Of a stretch of 56,646 bases of DNA, positions 49,175 to 56,646 are shown piece by piece; positions within the stretch are counted from its first letter, which is position 1, and each line of letters begins with the position of its first letter. The stretch lies in contig CASEAR010000110.1 of NCBI GenBank assembly GCA_949285835.1, forward strand, positions 1 through 56,646, written 5' to 3'. The DNA is from an uncultured Verrucomicrobiota bacterium. GTDB lineage: Bacteria; Verrucomicrobiota; Kiritimatiellia; RFP12; UBA3636. The position numbers and the translations under genes are program-made. The notes under the pieces were generated by a model. It did not search any database. It was not told the origin of the DNA and was given only the letters and a program-made list of their open reading frames with translations.

Positions 49175-49655
49175 GATCCGTGCCCCGCGTGCACGCGAGG
49201 TAGAACACCGCAGCGTCTGCACAAATGCGGCGCGCGATTCCTGCGCGCTCGCGCGCGCGTAGAAAAACCGAGAGCAGACAACGCGCGTGCCACTGCCTTG
49301 GATTCCTGCGCGCTCGCGCGCGCGTAGAAAAACCTCAGCCGCCCAGCCGCATTGCGCTTCCTGCTTCCCGTGCGCACGCATACACGCAGGAGGGAACCGC
49401 CCTACTATGATGCCGCGGGCGCACATGCAATGTCCGTGCTCACGTGTGCGCGCGTTGAAAAGCAAGTTGTAAGAGCAGAAGTTGCTTCAGCAGGAAGCCA
49501 GTGCGCCCACATACGCGCGAATGGGCACCTAGCGCAGTCGTAGCCTCCTCCGGAAGAATATAGGCCAGTGCACCCACATACGCGCGAGGAAGAACACGGC
49601 GTCGACGTGAATAAAGCCATGGATGCGATAGGCCAGTGCGCCCACATGCGCGCAC
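49175..49655. repeat. Degenerate regularly interspaced repeat array (CRISPR-like, 8 units, ~65-bp period, no cas genes in window)
   Basis: Identical 34-mers at 49236 and 49301; near-identical GCCAGTGC(G/A)CCCACAT(A/G)CGCGC at 49497, 49564 and 49632; related units at 49175, 49363 and 49430. Confidence 0.6.
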
Positions 49656-49714
49656 TCTCTCTTCCTGCGCCATGCGCGAGGGACTCGGGAAATTCCGCAA
49701 ATTCCCGGCAGGCG

Positions 49715-51604
49715 TCATTCCGACCCGTGTTCCGGACGGCGCCTGAGCAAAGACGCCGCATGGCCTACAACAAACAAAGAGCTGCAATTGTGGAGTACCG
49801 CCCCGGAAACCGGCCCCAGCACACCGGCTGCGGCAAGCGTAATGGAGACGGCGTTTATGAAGATCGAAAAGACTATGTTCAACCTTATGTTGCGCAGCGT
49901 GTCTCTGGTCATCGACACAAGAAACGGTATCATGTGAAGATTATCATGCATCAGCACAATATCGGCGGCTCCGACCGAAACGTCGCTGCCGCGGCCGCCC
50001 ATCGCCACCCCCACATCTGCCGTCTCCAGAGCAACTGCGTCGTTCACCCCGTCGCCTACCATCGCAACCGTCCCGTAACGCACCGCCAGATCCACCACAG
50101 CCCGGGCCTTGTCCGCGGGAAGCAATTCCGCACGAACCTCGTCCGCCCCGGCTGCTTCCGCCGCAACACCCGCCGCCGCCGGATTGTCTCCAGTAAGCAG
50201 CGCAATGTGTGAAACGCCGCTCCTGTGGAGCCGGCTCACGACGTCGCGGCTTTCCTTGCGGAGCATATCGCTGAGAATTATTCTGCCCGCATACCTGCCG
50301 CCCGATGAAACGTACACGACCGTCCTGCCGGAAGCCATGTCCAAATCCGCCGCGGCAGTCTCTGCCTCCCCTATTTTGACGCCGTTCTCCTCAAGCCATC
50401 CGCGCGAACCTGCCAATACGCGCTCACCGCACACAGACGCCTCCACCCCGCGCCCGTGATGCATCCTGAAACACGAAGACTCCGGCACGCCGTCCCTGAC
50501 GCCGGAAAAGATCGCCCTCCCTATGGGATGCTCCGAACCGCGCTCCGCCGCGGCCGCCAAGCGCAGCACTCCGTCCGCGTCAAAAGGCTCCGACGCCGCC
50601 ACTTTTTCCACCACCGGATGCCCATACGTCAGCGTCCCCGTTTTATCAAACGCCATTGCCCGCACCTTGCCCATCGTTTCCAGCGCCTCTCCGGACTTAA
50701 CCAGCACCCCGTTCCTGCTCAGCACCGCCATGCACGCTCCGGCCGCAGTCGGAGCCGCCAATGCAAAAGCACACGGACAGAACACAATGAGAATCGTAAC
50801 GCCGCGCACAATGTCCCCGGAAGCAAGCCATACGCACAGCGCCGCAAAAAATGCGCCAACTATCAAATATGTGGCGCATTTATCCGCAAGCCTGACAACC
50901 GGAGCTCTGGCGTCGTGCGCCTCGCGCATCATTTTTAAAATCCGGTCGAAAGTACTGTCCCCGGAGTCCGACTCCGACACCACATCCACCGTGCCGTACG
51001 TATTCACGGTTCCGGATGTCACCCTGTCTCCCGCCTTTTTTTCCACAGGTACGGATTCACCAGTCATAAGCGATTCGTCCACCGCAGTAAACCCGGACAA
51101 AACAAGACCGTCAACCGGCACCGACCCGCCCGGCCTTATGCGAACGACATCCCCGCGCCTGATCTGCGAAACCGGGACTTCCTTTTCCTCTCCGTCCTTC
51201 ACTACTGACGCGGACGACGGCGCCATTCTGGACAGGCTGTCTATGCCGTCCCGCGCCTTTTTCAGCGTGCGCGTCTCAAACAGTTCCCCGAGCGCCATTA
51301 AAAACGCAACTTCTCCCGCCGCAAATATTTCACCAATGCATACCGACGCCGTCATCGCCACGCTTACAAGCAGTCCCGCGCGAATGCTGCCCGCAGAAAT
51401 AAGTTTCCTAAGCGCATAAACCACTATTGGCACCCCGCACAATATAACCGAAATCCATGCCGGATCCGGATAAGAAACGGCGTCTGAAACCCCATGCCCC
51501 CGGCCAATGGCAAAACTCCACGCCAACGCAGGCCCCGAGATCAAAACCGACCACAACAGCCTGCCGCCGCAAAAAAACCGCGAGAAACGCATATTTGCCT
51601 CCAT
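49715..51604 (-). CDS. Heavy-metal translocating P1B-type ATPase
   Basis: TGES, FCPCA, FDKTGTLT, SEHP, LTGDN, MVGDGVND; no N-terminal CxxC HMA domain. Confidence 0.93.
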   Translation of the reverse strand: MEANMRFSRFFCGGRLLWSVLISGPALAWSFAIGRGHGVSDAVSYPDPAWISVILCGVPIVVYALRKLISAGSIRAGLLVSVAMTASVCIGEIFAAGEVAFLMALGELFETRTLKKARDGIDSLSRMAPSSASVVKDGEEKEVPVSQIRRGDVVRIRPGGSVPVDGLVLSGFTAVDESLMTGESVPVEKKAGDRVTSGTVNTYGTVDVVSESDSGDSTFDRILKMMREAHDARAPVVRLADKCATYLIVGAFFAALCVWLASGDIVRGVTILIVFCPCAFALAAPTAAGACMAVLSRNGVLVKSGEALETMGKVRAMAFDKTGTLTYGHPVVEKVAASEPFDADGVLRLAAAAERGSEHPIGRAIFSGVRDGVPESSCFRMHHGRGVEASVCGERVLAGSRGWLEENGVKIGEAETAAADLDMASGRTVVYVSSGGRYAGRIILSDMLRKESRDVVSRLHRSGVSHIALLTGDNPAAAGVAAEAAGADEVRAELLPADKARAVVDLAVRYGTVAMVGDGVNDAVALETADVGVAMGGRGSDVSVGAADIVLMHDNLHMIPFLVSMTRDTLRNIRLNIVFSIFINAVSITLAAAGVLGPVSGAVLHNCSSLFVVGHAASLLRRRPEHGSE

Positions 51605-51906
51605 TTAAAGAATCTTATTCTAATCTAACATGCATCCCGCAGGATGTCCACCGTATTGTTCCGCGAAAAAACGCTGGAATGCGCAAGATGGCGCGGTTTG
51701 CGGACTGCTGCCACACAAGCCCCCAGACGGAGGACTCTCAGACGCTGCGCCGCATTTTATCATTCACGACGGCCGCCAGCTTTTCGCCGTCGACCGCACG
51801 GCACGGCTTTTCCCGGATATTCCTGCCTGCCATTCCGCAGAATACCGGCCTCCGCGCATTCTCCTCCGTACGCCGGGCAGCCGCATACCCGGGCAACCGG
51901 CCGCAC

Positions 51907-51942
51907 AAAAAAAAGGGCGCCCGCATAATTCGCGGGCGCCCT
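51907..51942 (-). terminator. Intrinsic terminator for the prepilin-like gene
   Basis: GGGCGCCCGC-N7-GCGGGCGCCC preceded by A8. Confidence 0.75.
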
Positions 51943-51973
51943 GCAGGTCTTATCCAATCTGCGCCGGACAGTA

Positions 51974-52684
51974 TCAGAAATCGCTGTCTGATGACGCCGT
52001 TTCCGACGCCGATGGAATAATCTCGAGAGTGGAAGCGTTAGCGTTTGTCAGCGATACGCCGTTCATGAAAGTCTGATCCGTAACGTACTTCCTCTTAAGG
52101 GAGAGCATCGCACCGCCCTTAGAGACCGTCACAACCATGGCGTCGCCAAACGGCTTGGAGAAAGTGGCCGTGTCAAACTTGTCATTCCACGAGACCTCAG
52201 ACGTACCGAATTCAGAAATCAGATCCTGAACCGTCAGCCCGCCGAAGTTGCGTGTGAAGATAAACGGAGTCTCATCCGCGGCGTTGTCGCCGAGACCCGC
52301 GATCACATTCCAGATGCAGCCCTTCGTCTGGAAATCATTGATATCCGTCGCAGCACCCACACCGCCGCCGGCAAACGTCGCGAATCCTATTTCCAGCACT
52401 TGCTGCTCGATCAGCTTCTTAAAGTAGTCATTGCTCGTCGTGTACTTGCCGGTCGACGGCCACACGGAGCCTTTGCTCATGGCTTCACGCTCCGTATTGG
52501 CGGATATGATGCCCATGACTATGTTTTTGCCGTTGTTGCCGACCTTAATTCCGTTTGCATTCTGCAGAGCTCCCTGAATGGCAGGGAAGAGAAGGCCTGC
52601 AAGGATACCGATAATCGCGATCACCACGAGAAGCTCAATCAACGTAAACGCCGAAAGAGCAGTCTTCTTTTTTGAATTTTTCAT
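51974..52684 (-). CDS. Prepilin-type N-terminal cleavage/methylation domain protein (type II secretion/type IV pilin-like)
   Basis: AFTLIELLVVIAIIGILAGLLFPA. Confidence 0.85.
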   Translation of the reverse strand: MKNSKKKTALSAFTLIELLVVIAIIGILAGLLFPAIQGALQNANGIKVGNNGKNIVMGIISANTEREAMSKGSVWPSTGKYTTSNDYFKKLIEQQVLEIGFATFAGGGVGAATDINDFQTKGCIWNVIAGLGDNAADETPFIFTRNFGGLTVQDLISEFGTSEVSWNDKFDTATFSKPFGDAMVVTVSKGGAMLSLKRKYVTDQTFMNGVSLTNANASTLEIIPSASETASSDSDF

Positions 52685-52762
52685 TTTGGGAATCCCCCCT
52701 GTTTTGTTTTGAAATCCTAACGATGACGCAAAGCGCCCCGCGCCGTTTTACTTGTGTACCGG

Positions 52763-52791
52763 ATTATCCCACACAATACTGTGCGAGTCAA
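52763..52791 (-). promoter_or_regulatory. Sigma70-type promoter for the prepilin-like gene
   Basis: Minus strand TTGACT-N17-GATAAT. Confidence 0.55.
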
Positions 52792-52870
52792 TCACAAATC
52801 TGTACGAATCAATACGAAAAATCAAAAACCGGGCACCAGCAGCCGCCACGCGCAGATGGAGACACCGCAA

Positions 52871-53962
52871 TCATAAAACCATGCATCCATCCCCAGTCAC
52901 CAACGCCAGATCCTCTATCCTCACGCCGCCGAGCCCGGGATAGTACAATCCGGGCTCCACGGTGACGGTCATGCCTGCTGAAAGCATTCCACCTCTCGAC
53001 GAGAGGCGCGGCTCCTCGTGAATTTCAAGGCCGACGCCGTGTCCGGTGGAGTGAAAGAATCCCGAGGCTCCCTCCTCCCCGAAAGCCGTACGGAACCCGG
53101 ACACATAGAAGAAATCCGCGACTGCACGATGAACACTGGCCCCGGAAACACCGGGTCCGAGCATGCTGAGCGCAAGCTTCTGGGCTTCCTCTACGGCCTT
53201 GTACATATCCATGCGCCGTCCAGAAACGCGCCCGTTCGCAAATGTGCGCGTCATGTCGCCGTGATATCCGGTATCGAGACTGCGTGGAAAAATGTCTACA
53301 ACAATCCATTCTCCTGTCCTGAGCGGCCCATGGCCGCATTCATGCGGATTGACCGCCTGCTCCCCGCCCGCGGCAATAGTTCCCTCGTCTATGCAGCCGC
53401 GCTCCATGCACACCTTGCGAATCTCCGAACGCAGCATTTCCGACGTCAATGTTTTGCCGTCCAGATTCAGTATCCCATCTGAACCGGGAACAGCGTCCGC
53501 AATCATTCTGCCGGCGGCAGACATGGCCGCGCGGGCCGTATTCTGCACTTCTGCTATGAAAGAAACCTCCTCCGGGCTCTTTACCATTCTGGCCTGACGC
53601 AATCCGGCGTCCTCTCCGGGCACGGCGCGGATTCCCTCATCGTTAAGCGCAGCTGCCACGCAGAACGGGAAGTACCGTCCGGAACATATGACTTCCGCAG
53701 GCAGGCCCTCACGCACGAGCCACGCCTTCACAAGCGCCGCTTCCCCCCCGCGCTTCCGCACCCCCAGCAGCTGCGAATGTGAAACAACCTCGCATCCTCT
53801 CGCCTCCGAAAGAGCCCTTCCATACTCCATGTCATTCACAATAAGCACGCGCTTTTTGCCCGAAACCGCAACCACAACGTCGTCCGGCGCTGAGAAACCC
53901 GTCAGATAACGAATATCAGGGCATGAATCAGCATTCCCGACCATCACATACGTATTCTGCAT
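52871..53962 (-). CDS. Xaa-Pro aminopeptidase (M24 family)
   Basis: RYLTGF, PH, VDIFP..GYHGDMTRT, HSTGHGVGLEIHE.P, TVEPGLY..GGVRIED. Confidence 0.93.
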   Translation of the reverse strand: MQNTYVMVGNADSCPDIRYLTGFSAPDDVVVAVSGKKRVLIVNDMEYGRALSEARGCEVVSHSQLLGVRKRGGEAALVKAWLVREGLPAEVICSGRYFPFCVAAALNDEGIRAVPGEDAGLRQARMVKSPEEVSFIAEVQNTARAAMSAAGRMIADAVPGSDGILNLDGKTLTSEMLRSEIRKVCMERGCIDEGTIAAGGEQAVNPHECGHGPLRTGEWIVVDIFPRSLDTGYHGDMTRTFANGRVSGRRMDMYKAVEEAQKLALSMLGPGVSGASVHRAVADFFYVSGFRTAFGEEGASGFFHSTGHGVGLEIHEEPRLSSRGGMLSAGMTVTVEPGLYYPGLGGVRIEDLALVTGDGCMVL

Positions 53963-54434
53963 ATCCGCTCCCGTACCAACCTGTTTGTTAACTCATTTCA
54001 TCCACATGAGTTTGACACACAACATCATAAAACGCAATCCGCATAATTCTGACGGCCCGCGCAGCCGAGGCCAGCGCAAACGCCCGGCCGCATATTCCAT
54101 GCAAAAAAAGATGATACCTGACCGGGGAATAGTTGCATAACACGTTTGTTTCAAAAATGTTACACCAAAAAAACATTAAACCGCATCCAGTTCCTGACCG
54201 CAGCCGTTGAAGATGCTTGACGCATAAAAACTGTGCCTAAGTTAAGGAAAGACGCTGTAAATACGGGCTCCGGACAAGAAAGCGGCGGCGGCGGCACAGC
54301 CTGTTAACAACCTGTTAACAAACTCAAGATTCTTTTCGCTTGCGTGTTTTCTTCCGTTATGGGAACATCGCCCGTCGGAATGGAGGGGAAGAGATGTTTC
54401 TGCACTTTTCACGCTGTGCGGGAGCTTGCGAGAT

Positions 54435-55838
54435 ATGGAAACGAATTTTGAGGCCCATGCCGGCGAGACATGGACAAGGGCATGCGGGATTGTCAAAGAA
54501 AAACTCGGAGAAGATAACTTTTCCAGGCTCATCGAGCCAATGGTTCCGGTTTCTTTCACCGACGGCATCCTCGTCATGCAGGTTGACAATGATTTTCTTA
54601 AAGCTTGGATAACGGAAAGTTATCTGGGACTGATACGCGACGCGGTGAGGCTTGCTTCCGGAAATTCCTTCGCCGAAGTGAACCTCACCGTTAGTAAGGA
54701 GCAGACTCCCCTGCCGGACGCCGGAATGCACGATCCGGCTCCGCACGAATCACACGCAGCAGAATACAGACCCTCGCGAAAATCCGCCCCCGGGGTTCCG
54801 CTGAACCCGGACTACACATTTGCAAACTTTGTAGTCGGACCGTCCAACAGTTTCGCGGAGGCTGCCGCGCGCGGGGTGGCGAAGAATCCCGGCACCGCGT
54901 ACAACCCGCTTTTCATATACGGGGAGACCGGCTTGGGGAAGACCCACATAATGCAGGCAATCGGCCGCGAGGCGATAAGCAGAAATCCGCGCTTGGTGGT
55001 CTGCTACACCTCGTCCGAAGATCTTCTTAACAACTATCTCGAGTCCCTGCGCAACAACACCACGTCTGAATTCAGGAAACGCTACAGAAATATCGACATA
55101 CTGCTCATCGACGATATACACTTCATGGCCAACAAAAAGGCCCTTCAGGAAGAGTTCTTCCACACGTTCAATACGCTTCAGAACAATCAGAAGCAGATTG
55201 TAATGACGAGCGACAGATCCCTGAACGACATAGAAGGCCTGGAGGAGCGCCTTGTCTCGCGCTTCCAACAGGGACTGATCACATCCATAGAGCGTCCGGA
55301 TTTCGAAACGCGGCTGGCCATCCTCAAGAACAAGCAGAAAAATGCGGTAACGAAAATTCCCGACAACATCCTCTACTTCATCGCCGAGAATATAACTTCC
55401 AACGTTCGGAAACTCGAGGGGGCGCTGACCAGAGTGCAGGTTCACGCGTCCATGATAACAAAATGCGAGCCGACTATCGACGATGTCCGCAGCCTGCTGC
55501 GGGACACTCTAGAACACGAGATGCAGCCGGATCTTACTTTCCATGAGATACAGAGAACCGTAGCCTCGCAGTACGGATTGACCATGTCGGACATGACCAG
55601 CACCGTACGCTCCCAGAACATAGCCTTCCCGCGGCAGGTGGCCATGTTCCTGTGCCGCAAGCTCACGAAGGCCTCTCTCCCGGAGATAGCCGGCGCATTT
55701 GAGAAAACGCACGCCACAATACTGCATGCGTGCAAAGCCGTAATGGACCGCATGTCCACGGATCACGATCAAATCCTGCGCATTGAAACAATCGTGCGCA
55801 AACTTGGCCGCGATCCGGAAACAACCATACGGTCGTGA
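54435..55838 (+). CDS. dnaA: Chromosomal replication initiator DnaA
   Basis: LNPDYTFANFVVGPSN, YNPLFIYGETGLGKTH, LLIDDIHF, QEEFFHTFN, NVRKLEGAL, PRQVAMFL. Confidence 0.97.
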   Translation: METNFEAHAGETWTRACGIVKEKLGEDNFSRLIEPMVPVSFTDGILVMQVDNDFLKAWITESYLGLIRDAVRLASGNSFAEVNLTVSKEQTPLPDAGMHDPAPHESHAAEYRPSRKSAPGVPLNPDYTFANFVVGPSNSFAEAAARGVAKNPGTAYNPLFIYGETGLGKTHIMQAIGREAISRNPRLVVCYTSSEDLLNNYLESLRNNTTSEFRKRYRNIDILLIDDIHFMANKKALQEEFFHTFNTLQNNQKQIVMTSDRSLNDIEGLEERLVSRFQQGLITSIERPDFETRLAILKNKQKNAVTKIPDNILYFIAENITSNVRKLEGALTRVQVHASMITKCEPTIDDVRSLLRDTLEHEMQPDLTFHEIQRTVASQYGLTMSDMTSTVRSQNIAFPRQVAMFLCRKLTKASLPEIAGAFEKTHATILHACKAVMDRMSTDHDQILRIETIVRKLGRDPETTIRS

Positions 55839-55920
55839 CCCCGAAACTGCGCCTTTCTTGTTTTCCACGGGCTGCGCCCGTTTGCTCAGCGGCGGAAGCG
55901 GACGCCGCGTTGTTCAGCTT

Positions 55921-56397
55921 TCAGCTCTGATTTGCGATCCTCTCTTTTATTTGCAGCCCAGCGTGGCATCGTGTCCACTCCGCCGCCCCAGCGTCACGTC
56001 TCGATGCAGTCGAGTCTTTTTCCGCACAGGCTGATTTGCCCCGCCTTCGGATGCCAGGCGTTAAAATTGCCCCTGAGGTACACCTTTGCAGCTCGCGTCT
56101 CCAAAGTGTCCGCGAGACGCCGTATGCCTTTGCAAAGTCCGGAATGGAAATGCTGCTTGGCTTCGTCCTGAGCCCGTTATTCCATGCCTTGCCCAATCGT
56201 TCGCGGTCTTCAAACTTAAGATGTGCCCGAGGATGAGAATACCGGTATAGCCTGGGGATGAGAATACCGGGTATATTTTCCCATGATGTTTCCTTTCTGC
56301 GTGGATGCTGTTGAGGGATCCATTTCAGCAGAAAGCGAAACATCACTGTTTTCCAAGAAGGATCTGCCCGCATGGCGGCAATGGGAATTGAATTGCA
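55921..56397 (-). mobile_element. Truncated, frameshifted IS30-family element (left end plus transposase N-terminus)
   Basis: Terminal TGCAATTCAATT (minus strand, from 56397), AAAGGA RBS and ATG at 56284, HLKFEDRERL...GVSRTLWRRELQR HTH, then decay. Confidence 0.6.
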
Positions 56398-56491
56398 CAT
56401 CTTTTTGCCGTTTCTTTTCATGTCTGTAATCCTTCCTTTGGGTATGGACGTTACATTCTGCAGCTTTTCACTTTTGCTTCATGCTGAGAAA

Positions 56492-56646
56492 TGCAAGTAA
56501 AATGACGCAGCGAGGGTGGTAGGATGGAGAAGATTTTCATGCGCAGGCTTTCTTGTTGAGGAACGATGGACGGGGGTAGTTTGTGAGAAGGTGCTGCAGG
56601 TAGGCGATTTCTTCGTCGGTCACCTTGTAGAAGTCGGTGTCTTTGG
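56492..56646 (-). mobile_element. IS30-family element right end, cut by window edge
   Basis: Transposase C-terminus PKDTDFYKVTDEEIAYLQHLLTNYPR (stop at 56537-56539); terminal TGCAAGTAAAATG at 56492 resembles the end at 56397. Confidence 0.65.

Noticed and set aside
49175-49655. Calling the array a bona fide CRISPR
   Set aside because: The repeats are too divergent, and there is no AT-rich leader or cas gene in the window; reported as a CRISPR-like repeat instead.
39041-49700. tRNA-Lys-anchored genomic island
   Set aside because: No integrase or duplicated tRNA 3' end was seen, and base composition looks host-like.
49003-49787. Small ORFs across the repeat array (e.g. ARMWAHW repeats)
   Set aside because: The unit period is not a constant multiple of three and there is no RBS or motif, so these are by-products of the DNA repeats.

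Overview
A ~57 kb, mostly GC-rich chromosomal window from a diderm bacterium. The very long GreA, histone-like DksA next to lspA, prepilin-type N-methylation protein, DUF4340 protein and variant DnaA suggest the PVC group, possibly Kiritimatiellae/Lentisphaerae (inference). Housekeeping content: ABC-F, greA, guaB, dksA, lspA, deoC, recN, rsfS, tkt, an M24 peptidase, dnaA, four tRNAs (Glu, Leu, Gly, Lys) and a likely 6S RNA. Accessory content: a full porin-pstSCAB-phoU-phoB-phoR operon, several glycan-degradation genes, a serpin, a heavy-metal P-type ATPase, an AT-richer NgoMIV-like restriction-modification cassette whose Vsr and HTH genes are frameshifted, and IS30 remnants at the right edge. 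The most unusual unexplained structure is an orphan array at ~49175-49655: eight degenerate ~34-bp repeats with alternating purine/pyrimidine cores, separated by ~25-31-bp mostly unique spacers at a 61-68-bp period, with no cas gene in the window. Other points of note: a probable ATT start codon in rsfS, a tRNA-Glu with a non-canonical T-loop, and a DnaA with an altered recognition motif beside variant tandem boxes. All calls come from reading the sequence by eye; no searches were run.
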